Of a stretch of DNA of 64,000 nt, positions 1-18,326 are shown one piece after another. The stretch comes from Trichinella spiralis (taxonomy: Eukaryota): assembly GCF_000181795.1 (NCBI RefSeq), contig NW_003526941.1:5309053-5373052 (forward strand), read 5' to 3'. Both the position numbers and the translations under genes were made by a program. Each line of letters starts with the position of its first letter. The stretch's first letter is position 1. The notes under the pieces are model-generated. The model saw only the letters and a program-made list of their open reading frames with translations. It made no database searches and had not been told where the DNA came from.

Positions 1-1657
<1,657 letters not shown>

Positions 1658-4600
1658 TTTCTCTAACAACTCGCAATCCAACTCACACGAGCGTTGCCAC
1701 GACCATATGACGATCAAGTGATCAGACCTGAAGCAGCGCAGTGCGAGGCGGGCCATCATGCAAATAACTGACCAATCAGCGTTTGCGCTGGTACAGTAGG
1801 AGGCCGGCTGTGGAATAACCAACGAGGAATCAGTGTCGATCGACAAATATGAAATATGATTCTCTACATTGTTTGAGGTCTCCACGTGACCATTACGTAA
1901 ACATCACACAACAGGCATTTTTCGATATCAGCACTTTCTAAATTACTTGAAGACTTCAATTTTCAAAAGCTTTTTTCAAGAAACAACTTCTTGTTTTAAA
2001 ATTTTTCACAGCCATTACTTTCTACTTGCAAAAGCAGTTGATTGAAATCATATTTTGATTTTTAGTTTTTTCTTTAAGAACAAAAAAAGTATAAATCTCT
2101 TTACAATGACGTGAAATTTCTATCACACGCAATTTCCATTTTAAATCACAATATGACTTTTCTTTCATCCTCGTTCATATATAAAGGCAAAAATGAATTT
2201 TGTCATCGTCGACAAGTAAGTTTATGCATATAATGTATTTCAATTATCTGGCAGCAAAATGCCTGTTAGCTTCGACATAAAAATTTGCCGCTTATATGAG
2301 CAGAGCGAAAAGAGCCTACGTTCAATGAAGCGATTTTTCACTCTCGCTGCTTATTACGCAGAAATAGGGAAAAATTTGTGATGACTTTGCATAACGGTCG
2401 ATTATGAAACGCTCTTTTGCGCAGATGGTCGGATTTGTTCAGCGATTTCAAAGTGACTTAGTTCAAAGTAAGCTGGTGGGCGTTTTCTTTAAATTTAATT
2501 AGCAAAAATGTTCATCTCAACAACGTCTGTCATTTATTGAAATTCTAATTTTATTGGAAATTTTAAACATCGCCTAATTACATTTAAAATTAATTAATTA
2601 ATTAATTAATTACCGTTTTGAATGGTGGTTCATTTTTTGAAAAAAGCCTGTATAATTTAAATGACATTTTAATTGTATTTTACGCGAATGCAAAAGAAAT
2701 GCGAGTTTATTGCTTTCATCTACAATATCAGGGCACAGTGCAGGCGGATAAGTGTAAACGCTGGCGTTATTCATTGAGATGCAGTTTTTCTTTTGACTGA
2801 TCATAGGAAAAGCGCAACAACGAAAATGATGATTGAGGTTTCATTCTTTGAGAAAAGCGTAAAGAGGGAAATGGCGGTTTATGATGATTCCAATGGTTCA
2901 GCGCCTCTTTTGCATCTTTTTCTGGATCCGCTTTGGCAATTGAACGGGTTTACTGAACCGAACGATTTAGTGGTCAATTAGCGGAATGAAAAGCGCGCTG
3001 GCGGTTTGCGCTTGACGCAGACTTGACCACTAGCAGATTTATCAGTTCCGACCTGTCCAAAGCGTGCAGACAAAAGCCTGTGAAAAGGTGGCAGTTGATC
3101 GCTGAGGCGCGAAAGTGGCTGGCCAGAATTCGCACCTTGACCATTATTCACCTGATGGTCAATTACAGTCCAGCGGCACCTGGAACCATGACGAGCGTTA
3201 ATCTCACCTACATAATTATCGCCGACTCCCCGTGGCCATTGTACAAAAGGGGGCAAACGGACAACGAGATGGCCTATCGCCAACGTTTGTTCTATACAGA
3301 CAATACGGCGCTGCTGCGCTTGCCAGCTTGATGGCAAGCTGACTTTTCAAACGCTCATGAGTATATGATCAAGGGCTTCTCTGTTTCACCGCTGACCAGT
3401 GCTGGTCAAATAGTGACAACTTCTAGGTCGGTTTTTTCCACTCACTGACCAATTGACAGGGCCCATTGTACCGCCTTTTTTCCTCACCAGAAGCTTTCAC
3501 CACAGTTTGATCACTTTGTGACATGCTGTTTGTCGTGACCAGTTCTCTTCAAACATATCCGTCACCTATTATCTGATGTGCCATTGTTACAAAGTCAGCA
3601 GGTCGACAGTCAACTATCCTTTCACAGAAGCTTTTTCATTGTTCACCTGTTCATCCATATCCATCCGTCATTTGGACAACTAGCTTCACCGCATTCTCAT
3701 TATTAGTCTCCTTGAAACGACTAACTCGAGCAGTTTCTTAGCATTTAGTTTTCATTTTTGAAATTACACTTTGCATGATTGAAATCAATAATTTTTAATA
3801 ATCACTCGTCATACTTTAAATATTAAAAATAATGTAAAAAACTAGAAATGTAAAAGAAAATTCACATGCAGCCCCCCAACATAATTGCATACGCTTGTAC
3901 GAAGTATTTTAATTGCGCGCGCACGCGCACACACGCACACTTTGAATAAAGACGTAGCTAAAGCGATGGTCATTCACTGACCAGTCATGATGTGCATGCA
4001 ATTCAACGCAAAATGCATATTTCATTTTTACGCAACATTGGCAACTGTTGATCAAATTTGCTTAAACACAAACCTATTGCGTGTTGTTGGTTAAAAACAC
4101 GTTGTACGTGCAGTTGGAATGAATTTCTTGCATAAGTGAAAAATGATATTTGCACCTGAACTATTATTATTTGAAACGATTGAAAAGTAGTTTTTTAAAT
4201 GAATGAGTAATTTGTACTTTTATTTTCGTATAACTTTATCGCTCTAAAATGTTGTCATTACTATATCATTTGTTTGATGGAGTGAATTTTAATGTCTAAT
4301 TATCATCATCTTATGCATTTTACGCAACTGTTTGGCAGTTGAAACAGTATTTTACTTTTTTTCCTGACTTTGTAATTTGGTGATAATTTCAGTGATAGCG
4401 AGAGTTCAGCTTACTGTGAACAGATGTCATTTTTGTTATGTGGATATTTGTAAAGAAGGCGAAAAAATAGGCAAACATGCGATATGTCGCATTAAGTCAG
4501 ATTACGCGAGGTCAATAATTTTGATTTTTCACAAGTCAACATCCCTGTATGTCAGACCCAACGGTGAAGATTATTGTCAGTGCTTTCTCTTTTAGAGGTC

Positions 4601-7600
4601 GAGATCTCACTTGTGACCTGCCAATTAAACTTAGCCTGCATTGTTTGTCACACCCACACGGTTCAAACAGACCGTCTGGATCAAAGTGGTAATTATTGGC
4701 TTTGTCATTGCATTGGTTCGTTTGGAGTGGGTCAGTAGTCATTCGTCTTTTTCCACTGAAATGCATTGTCCTCGCTTGGGCGTGATTTTTTGCCCCTGAC
4801 CATTTGTAATTTGTCCCCTTAATACCACTGCACCTCCTACTGTTCAGCTGTGGCGGCAAACGGGGAGAGAGAGAGAAAAAGCGAAAATTGACAATCCTTA
4901 TTCATTGAATTTCTGCTCAGTGTAGAGTTCACCAAACTGGAACTTTGACTTTTTCTTTGTTTTCCATATTTCCCTTTTCTCTTTTTGCTTTTCTCATCTC
5001 ATCATTATAAAACAACCGATATTTAGCAAGAAAAATTGTGTTCATTTATTTTGATTTTTCACTCAAATCAAGGATGTGTTGAAAATTATTCTACATCTAC
5101 GGTGATTAGGCGTATGTGTATGTCAAGAAGTGAAAAGTATGAAATAAACCGTAACACTCTTGGAGAGCAGTGAAAATATATTCACCTGTTGAAAACGGCC
5201 ATCGACTTTGGCTTTGGGAAAATTAATTTTCAAATAAAATATACAAATGGAAATGGAATTAAATTTTTAGTTGTAAAATGAATTTATAATTATTAATGTG
5301 CAGGTAAAGTTGATTTGAGAATGAATTCCCTTCTGTTTTCTTCGACGGCAAGCGGAAAGTAGAAATTCTCGAGAAGATTTTAATTGTTAATTTGACAAAT
5401 GAATTTTTCAAAAAGCCACATTAAATTTTCAATTCATTGTGAAAGAATTTGTAATTTGAGAGACACTTTTGCAGTGTTTCCGTTGTCGATTGGTTTCCAG
5501 TTTGTGATGATTTTCATGGTGGTGACGAGGACGAATTCTGAACCACGACGTCGAAGCACTTTTCAGACGATTAAGCAATAACGAGAACAATTTAGCGGCG
5601 ACAATTTGCCAAACTGAAAATGCATCGGAATTCGACGAACAAGCGAACGAAGGTGTTTTTTCAGGATAGGGAAATAGGCCAATTGAGACTGCCTGCCTGG
5701 GACAGGACAGGCGGGCGGGCACCCCACCTTCTTTTTCGATATTTGTGGATTTTCAATCAAGACCCATTGCTGACAAACGTTGACAAATTGCCCAGCATGA
5801 CCACGCACATTCGGACTCCCAAGTGGTTGTTGTGCCCTTCGCCAAGCTGGCCAACCAGAAATGCTACCGCAGAATGTTGTTCACTTTGGGGATTTTTCCC
5901 CATTTCTTTTTCGTTTTTCTTTTCTGGCCAAAATTTCAACATCACTCACCACTCACTGCACGGCAATTTGTTCACTGCTAAATTGCATTTCACAACTGGG
6001 CAAACCGTGAGATGATGGCAACACAAACAAGTTTTTCTTGCGATATAACTGGAGATATTAATTTGAAAATTTTCCAACACCAACGGACAGCAGCTAGCTG
6101 TAGGATTTGCACCAAAAAAAAACCAAAGAAACAGCAACACCTTTTTTTCCAAAGGAATTTACAATTTTTCCACATAATCTGCATAATTACAAAAAAAATA
6201 ATAGCATTTTTTAAAATCACTTTGAACGTCAATCTTGAAAGCAATTTATTATTTATTTATTTACACATCTTGGTTTGTTTCGACATTTTTTGAGTAGTAA
6301 TTTTTCAAAATGTTCAAGCTAGCTGTAAATTGTATCATGAAAATACAACAAGCAGTATAACGATGAACTGGACCACCATCTGAAACGGATAATTCATTCA
6401 TTCATTCATAAGTCGAGAAATGTTCTTATTTTTCTTATTTAAAATTTACATTCCAATTTCAGTCACATCTGCTATTTTTGTCATTTATTTATATCGTTTT
6501 ATTTGTTTCAGTGTGATTAGAAATTTTTTTTTATTTTCAAAGAAAACTTTCGTACTATTTGTGATCACATATCGGTATTTTTTGTTTGTTAAAAATCCCG
6601 GGCAAGTATTCGTTAAAAAGGCGTATTCTGTAATTTTGTGCGTGCGTAATTTTCCAAATTATCAATTTCAATTCTTTGCAGTTCAGAAAACAAACTATTA
6701 TTTTCAATCATTCAGCTTGTTTTCAAGAAATATGTTTGCTTGACTTTTCTATCACTGATATCACAAATATATTTCAAGGTGATTTTTTCCTTTCCTGCAC
6801 ATGTACATTTTTAATTTTGCTTACTTGGTCTGTATCGAATAATTTCAACAGTTAGCTTGTTTGTCATTTCAATGTTTCAATTTTCCTAATGTTAAGTTAT
6901 TGTTCTGAATATTATACTTGTGATGAGTAGCATTCGAGACGTTTTCGGATGGCTTTTTATTTGAGCATTGCTTGGCTTTGTGACTCTGAAGAATATGCTA
7001 CTAGAAAGAGCATTGAACAGCTTTACAAGGATTAGTATAAGTGAATCGTTGGTTTCTGATTACACTCTTTGCAACTACGTGGAAACGACAACAACAATCA
7101 GTCAACTAGAAGCTAAGTGGAATTTCTTTCAAAGCGCCTTGATGTCTGAAACTCTTTGCGATGTGCAATTGATGCGAATTCTCACCAGTCTATACTTTCT
7201 TGGGTATACTGTAACATTTTCTCAGACAGCCACACTTTATAATCCTGCCAAGAAGCCAATCGTTATTGACGACGATTGCCTGCAACGTTAAGTGTGACGC
7301 GTGTTATTGATGAAGAAAAAAACGGTCACCTCTACTGTAATGAATACTTCCTTCTGGCTGACCGTCATTCAAAGTTCACCAAATGACAAATTTTCAGTCA
7401 ACTTTTATCGCGAATATTCAATTACATGGTCTATAATAATTGACTTTTTAAGACTTTTATTTTTAATTGAAGGAAATCACATGAAGGAAATTTTTCAAAT
7501 TAAAAACAAATTGGCATTTTTTATAGAACTTTACAGCTCATGTAAATCTATGTATGCTTCGTGTTTAAAATTGGTGGCATTTTGTGAATAATTTCACATC

Positions 7601-9858
7601 GGCAAGCTTGTTATTGTTCATAAATTTAACATTGTGCAACAGATTTGTGAAGATGCATCCATAAGTTTTTTTCACATAGCTCACTATTTTAAATCTTGAG
7701 GAAGAAAAGAAATAGATAAAGAGAAAAATATTTGCATGCACACACACACACACACATATATGTGTGAAAGATAAAGTGATGCAAAATGGGCTTGTTAATC
7801 AAATGTAAGTGAAAATTTGATTTCATCATTGAGTGATCACTTTAGCGCATATGTGCTTTCTTTGTAATGATAAGAAAGCGGCTTTATCTCTTGAAGCGGA
7901 CTGAATAGGTTTGGTCGATTGAGCACAGTTTTCAAATATTCAAGTGCGTTTCTAGAACAATGTTGTGTGTGTGAAGAAGAACAACAAAACGCAGACAAAA
8001 TTTAATTTTTCTAATTTATACATAAAAATGCATAATTCTGCAAAATCTGCCGAGTGGAAATCGTTAAATGTGTAATATTTTTTTCCTCTTCAAGCGGTTT
8101 CCTTTCGTATTGCTTCGTAACCTGTATTGCTCTTTATTAGCGTATCGATCAGCTAATGGGAAGCACACAATGGGGTTACCGGAAACCAGCTCCATTTGCT
8201 AGCCTCTGCGACAGCCATTTAGGGCGACAACAGGAACGCATCTCAGCGGGTGCGCACGCGCCATTTCACACCTTTGCCTTTCAGAAGCGCTGCGGGCGCG
8301 TCCAAACGGACTTGACTGGGCGCCTGGTGAAAAGCTTGACCAAATCCGCTAATTAAGCCGCTAATGAACGCCAGTTGCCAAAATGTAAGCGGCCCAGCGG
8401 GCGCCTTAAGCCAGCTTGGATATTACAGTATTCAGCTTGAAAGTGACGCGTTTGTTTTGCTTAGCTTTTGCTGACCCAGTAGAAACATGCTGATCACATC
8501 TGTTAGCACAACCCATAGAGGTCATTATTACTTACTTTTTTCCAAACTGAGTTGAGTCAGTTTTGAGATAAAAAAAACAATATTAATCCAATGACGTTTA
8601 AACGCAGCAGCAGTAGCAGTGGCTGTTTTCTTGTCCCTTCTTACTGACCTTTTGCAGAGGCTGACTTTGATGCTACAAATCTTAAACTAACTGTTTGTTT
8701 ACAATTGGTATTTAATGTGAATTTTTGAAAATAAATGAAATTTTTGACTCTTTAAAAAGAAGTTTGTTTTAGTATCCAAATCGTTTAGTGGCTTTCTTTC
8801 TGAGCTTTCTGAATTTTCAGAACCATAAAAGACATTTAATAAAATGGATATGGAATAATAATTTTTTTTCTTTTTTTTCATTTACTAGTGTTAAATGTAG
8901 TTTTCTCTGAGTATGAAATCATTTTCGCTTTTTTGAATATTCATTTATTCAATATTAATGTTAATTTGATGAAAAATTGTGTTTGGTGGAAATTGTAAAA
9001 TTCCAGAAATACTATTTATGTACGGAAAGCAAAAATGTTTAATCAATTATCCACAGATGTAACAGAAGAGGACAGTTTTTTGTCAACTTGGCTTATTGTT
9101 GTGATGAAATTAATTTCTTTGAGCACTAAGGTCCAGCTCGAAAAGTAATGCTGAATACAGCGGTTAATAAACACAAACCACTGAAATTACTTAATTATTA
9201 CGACTGTGTGTGTGCGTAATTCAAATGTGTAGCTGATTGAATTTAACTAATTTTAAATTTATAAATTTCACCGGTAAATTAATATAAAATTTTGCCATGA
9301 TTTTTATTTGACAGATTTGTATGAAACAAATGGTCACAAAATTATCTGCATTTTTTCATTGTGGTTAAATTATATCTGCATTTATTTTAGTTGAATTGCA
9401 AAATAATTTCACATTTTGATCAACCAGATATTTGTTTTTGTGAAACCGTTTGCTAATAATTTCTTCAAGCTGAATCCTATTAAAAGTTTAAACAGTTGTG
9501 TCATTTAAAAAATATTTATTTTTGAAAGCTATTCAAAGCATTTGTTTCTCTAATTGTGTTTCGTTATCATTAAAATCGGAATTTGAAAAAGTATAAAAAC
9601 GTGAAATATTGACGAAGAAAAGCTGAACAGTGCGACAGTGCCATGATGAATGTTGATTTTGCTGCGATATTATTGAAATCATGAGTAAAATTTTATTTTA
9701 AAATAGGACTTTACCTTATTATTATTTTTTATTTAATTTATGTGACGCGTGGATAAATAATTTACTGAAATTTTTTAATGAGCATTAATCTGTTTTACCA
9801 GTGCTATTTAAGCTGAAGTTGATGAGACTAAAATACGCACTTTCAAAAAAAAAAGAAA

Positions 9859-10822
9859 ATGAGAACCGGCTGCTTGCTGCCTATTCTTTTTCTTGCTATT
9901 TTTTTCACACCGACAGTTCAGCAAAGCTTTGCAAGTGAAAAACTTTTAAAAAGAACATGCGCAGTACCTGAGGTTCTTGCACGGAAGGACATTGTAGAGC
10001 CTTGTCCAAGTGGTAAACATGCGTAGATTTTTCTTTATGAATAAACGAATTAATGAATACAATTAAAAAAATAAATATTTAAAATGGATGTCTTTTTTTA
10101 TAATAACAAAGATGCCACGTATCCTGTGAAAATAGAAAATGTCGTGCTTCATTCCAAGGTATGTAAAGATGGAAAAGTGCTTGTGAAACTTAATTTAAAA
10201 AATCCTGGAGATGATATCCCCGATGCAGATATTACTGCCTCTGTAAAACACTTTGGATTTGTAAAGAAAGAAAATAAGTGTGGCTGGAAAAGTAGCAAAC
10301 AATTTAAGAAAAAGTAAGTGAGACAAATTTGAAATGCACCTCACAGGATCACTTTGAAAGATAGCAGAAGTTTTCTTGGCCGATAAAATTTACTGTTCCT
10401 TTCATGATGCTTCAAAAATATGCAAAATTTTCTTTCAGCTTAGACGTTGCGTCTTTCCAAGTTGTAAAATCTGGATCATCGTCAAAATCTTTAACTGTCG
10501 ATTTACAACAATATTCAAAGAAAGCTCTTCATAAGAAAAGAGTAAGCTAACTTTGGAAAATTTGAAATAATCACTGTAGAAGCTCTAATGTGAACTTAAT
10601 TTGATAAGTTGCTGATTTTATAATTTATTTTTCTCAACTTTCGTGAACTTAACCCATTACTTGTTGTTTTTTTTTGTCCCATCTTCACAATGACCCTATT
10701 CATAATAGCAAATGTTGTAGCAAGCTTATGCCGTTGACCTGTATTTGTCTTCAAAATCACGTCCAGATGCAACATTGGCATGCGTTCACCTGGAATTTTC
10801 TCTCTACGATTTTCTGGAATAA
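9859..10822 (+). CDS. Secreted ~186-aa protein, probable ML (MD-2/NPC2/GM2-activator) lipid-recognition fold
   Basis: Exons 9859-10012, 10112-10313, 10439-10541 and 10721-10822 join in frame with canonical splice sites. Hydrophobic N-terminus (MRTGCLLPILFLAIFFTPTV), 'EPCPSDATYPVKIENV' near the start and 'YAVDLYL...LACVHLEF' at the end resemble the ML-domain Cys pattern. AATAAA lies near 10901. The gene model is solid; the family call is inference. Confidence 0.7.
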
Positions 10823-11276
10823 TTCGCGTTACGTATTATTGCAAAAATTTATATTTACAATTGCAAATGCTACAATTGTTTATTTATAACTATGTCATGA
10901 AATAAATGTAGTGTAACATTTTTTTAAGCATTTAATAATTCTGTACTGTTAATGTAATGTTAATGTTAAGAAATTAATATCAGGAAAGTGTTACAGCTTT
11001 TACCGTGGTGGAAAAATAATCCATGAATAAAAGAGCTCTGCTTGTATAGTGCTGTCTGTCTAGAAACATTATCAGAAAGAAAAAAAAATTAAGCTTGTTT
11101 TGGAACATTTATTTTCTGCAATATTCTGGGAAATTCTATTATGAATGCATAATTGCATAATGATATCAAGAATCATATGGCAAATTTTCAAATTCATGAA
11201 TAGAATGATTCGTAGATGCGACTTGAGATAATTGAAAGATTAATAAAATCACACTGTATATAATATTATGCGTTTA

Positions 11277-14723
<3,447 letters not shown>

Positions 14724-17378
14724 TATGTTGCTTCTGTGAAAAGAAAAGAAAATAATCAACCAACTAACCAACTAACGACAAGCAAGGATTACTACAATAG
14801 CTGCGCTATTTATTTAACTGCATGTGAAAGCTGGGCGTGGTCGCATCAATATTGACAACGGGGTGAAGTGTTGGAACATTGCCAGTTGAATTATTCGAGG
14901 GTGAACAGCACGCGGTTGTTACGTCAGCGGGATGAAACGTGTTTTTGTCGTTTCCAAAGGGGAAGGAAGAGCGTCATGCGTCAGCTAGCGTAGAAGCGGC
15001 AAATTTGAGACGAGATCTGTCGTCGTCCAACGAAACAAAGAATCTATCCAAGATCAGTGAGTTATCCTGATTTTTAAAAGGTTCTGCTAATTTTGAAATT
15101 AACAAATTGCTCGTCTGTTAAACAGTTTTTTTTCTTAACAATCCATTTAAAACTCAAAACTTAATACGAGAATCCATTAACAGCAGCGACTGTTTTTCTG
15201 CTTTATCATGCATCATGGTCAACATTAATCAGGCTAAATTGTTGAAGCGTCTTGTTGGTTTTCGTTGAATTTTTTTTCAAAAATTATTCAATAGTTCAGT
15301 AGAATATTATTTATTTTATGTATAAAATTACTTTTGTTCAACTGTAAAAATGAGAAAAAAGAAATACGAACGACTGACTGTTCACTTATTCAATGCATCG
15401 AAAAGTATACGTGTTTTGAGTCAGTGTGTTTGTTTGTATGTAATAAATGCAAAATAATTTCCAACTGGATTGATGGAATTAAATTTTCAAATTAAATGTT
15501 ACTGTCATCAGATTGATTATTTTGAAATTCGCAAAATATTTGATTTACAATTATAATTATTCGGAAAATATTTTACTTATAGGTATGAAATAGAAGTTTC
15601 GTTTTAAAATGCAGAAATTTACTAAAAATCTACAATTCAGAATTCTAATCAGAACAAGTTAGTTGCATGTAAAACAAATTCATCGAATGAACACGCCAGA
15701 AGATGGTGCACTGGAACTTAGCAAATCTGCTCAGAATGTTGTTCTGAAGTACAGATATTATACGTTCAAACACCACCATGAACTGTAATTGTTAAAGAGT
15801 TTTAAAGTAAGTTATAAAAACGGTTTTTTTTAACAGTCTAACTGTACAGTATAAATTATGTGTTAATTCATTTTTAAGAAATTTTTTATATAAAATAGCA
15901 TATTGTGAAAATATTATTAAATCAATGTTGAACATTTTGAAATTGTAATTTGTTGAAGATATTTTTGATTAATATTAAACTTACATTCTTTTAGAATACT
16001 GTAATTTCTTTTGTAACTCGTTTTTTGCTTATTCTGTTTTCAGTATTATTCTGCCCCAATTTAACGTGAAGCAGGCATGCGTATGCATAAATGAAAAATA
16101 TCGGTTAATGGCAGCGGTTGAAAATAAAAACAAATAATATTATTAACTAGACAAGATTAAATAAGAACAAATCACAATTAAATATTCTTGAACAAATAAA
16201 CTTGGTATTTTACTATCTGAGAGGCGTTGTGTAGTATGTTAAATTTAGTAGAGGCACGAGACAATTTTTACTTTTTTAGCTTTCCACCTTTCTTATCATT
16301 CCATTAAATCGGTTGAGGAGTGCACTTTCAACGCATCCGTCTATTATAAACTCTGATGAATGCGGAGCCCAAGTTGGTTCTTTGTTGCATATTCACATAA
16401 TTTCTTTTGCTTCAGTCGTTTGTTACTCAGTTGTTGTTTCAGTTTAACTCGTTCGTTTAACACAGGTTTGTACAATATTTTCAATCAAATTCAATGTAAT
16501 GTATATAACACGAAAATAATTAGTGTTGGTGCTGGAACTTTAAATATTTAATCAGTTTGATAAATCGCACTTAAGAGAACTGAATGATTTGCAACGATAT
16601 ATTTACACTTGTCTATGAGGAAGTGCATGCTTTCCGTTCGAAAACATTGCAGCGATGTTTTGCCGTAATTCAATTTATTAATTATATATATTATTTATTC
16701 ATTCATTCATTTATATGTTCAGTTGTTTATTTATAATTTTAAAAAATGCTGACAACTAAGTAAAGAAGTTCCATCGTTTCAGCGGATTGTTTTTTTCTGA
16801 AATACAACAGTGTACTGTAAGTTTATGTATTAGCATTGGTTTAAGTTATTTAATGCATACGTTTTGAACGCGGAATGACACTTAAAATACTTGAAAATTG
16901 TTAATAGGTAAATTATTTATTTATTTAACTTAATTTCAGCTTTCCGATTATTAAAGTATTTTAATTGTTTTAAGTTGTACCTGCATATCAGTTACTGTTT
17001 AACACTCAGTGGCACGGGTTTGGAGGACGTGTGGTAAGTTCCTTAAACGATCATTTGTGTGAGTATGAATTATTTTTGCTTAAATATGAATTGAAAAATA
17101 ATAATTATTTATATAATTTACTGTTCATCAACGTATAGTTGGTATTTACACGTCATTTTTTAAGATGAAATGTGTTGGTCTTTTTTTAATTTCCAGCTAG
17201 ATTTTTAGGCTGCACATTACGAATTGAATTGAATCAATAATTATTGGTATCTGGTTAAAGGAAAGACGTTTAACTTCAGTTTTGGTTTATAGCTTTTCGG
17301 AATGGTTGAATAGCAGATTTCATTGATACTGGGATTGCGTATGTAGCAGACTAGTCTGCTTGGCGTATTTTTCAATGA

Positions 17379-18326
17379 ATGCTAGTTGGGTATGCGGATG
17401 CAGCGTTTGTTGTTAAAATGTCGCAGTCGACGTGTTATAAAGCACGGCGTATGAATGGCTTAATTTCGAGCATCATTCCGGCGCCAGGCAGCGTTGCCGT
17501 GCCCGCCACTATCGCTGCGCCGGTCAGTGGAACTTTGGTCAACGTTGGCACACTTCAGCCGCAAAAAGCCGGTCAAATTGTCACCTCTTCATATGATGAA
17601 CATTGTGCAGACCAAGAAACAATTGCTTCTGCCAGCAGTAATGTCAGCACATCGCCGACGACGACAGATGATTGCTTAGAGGATCCTATTGACTTGCGCA
17701 TCCGAAACGTTGTTACAATGTTCAACGTATGTTGTCATCTTGATTTACACCACATTGCCATGCACACTTGCAACGTTATTTATGAGCGTTACAGAGGCGT
17801 TTTGATTTTTCAAATCAAAAAGCCCAGGTGTTATGTGAAAATGTGGTCGTCAGGAAAGATAACCGTGTCGGGTGCACAAAGTGAAGAAGAAGCGCGAAAG
17901 TCGAGCAGAAGTGTTGCGCGGATTGTTCAGAAAATTGTGGGACCTCGAGTTCGCTTTGCCGATTACCGAGTGACGAACATTATGGCGACTTGTAAGCTGC
18001 CCTTCGGCATCCGTATACCGAATTTAGCTACCGAATATCCCCGTGAGTCTAGCTACGAACCGGAATTGAGCATTGGTCTAGTTTGGCGAAGTGCTTCTCC
18101 TAAGGCGACGCTGAGAATCCATTCTACGGGTAGCATTACCATTACCGGAGCGGAATCGCAGGCCGACATACTGACAGTGATGGAGTCGCTGTATCCGATT
18201 TTAGTTCGGTTCAAGTGCAGCACAGTGGTTGCCCGTCAGCTGAATTTGCCGCCCGGGTCAAAAGTTTGGGAAAACGATCTCGATGATGATGTCTACGACG
18301 ACTGCGACCAGGATGTTAATTTTTGA
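17379..18326 (+). CDS. tlf-1: TBP-like factor (TLF/TRF2/TBPL1), single coding exon
   Basis: 315-aa ORF with two TBP-fold repeats (IRNVV...MWSSGKITVSGAQSEEEAR; VTNIMATCKLPFGI...SYEPELSIGLVWR...KATLRIHSTGSITITGA). The TATA-intercalating Phe positions are substituted, as expected for TRF2. A likely 5' UTR intron runs from donor 17034 to an acceptor near 17196. Confidence 0.93.
   Translation: MLVGYADAAFVVKMSQSTCYKARRMNGLISSIIPAPGSVAVPATIAAPVSGTLVNVGTLQPQKAGQIVTSSYDEHCADQETIASASSNVSTSPTTTDDCLEDPIDLRIRNVVTMFNVCCHLDLHHIAMHTCNVIYERYRGVLIFQIKKPRCYVKMWSSGKITVSGAQSEEEARKSSRSVARIVQKIVGPRVRFADYRVTNIMATCKLPFGIRIPNLATEYPRESSYEPELSIGLVWRSASPKATLRIHSTGSITITGAESQADILTVMESLYPILVRFKCSTVVARQLNLPPGSKVWENDLDDDVYDDCDQDVNF

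Noticed and set aside
6968..7591. Two adjacent ~100-aa ORFs, possibly a decayed gene or transposon
   Set aside because: No recognisable domain or splice structure; cannot support a call.
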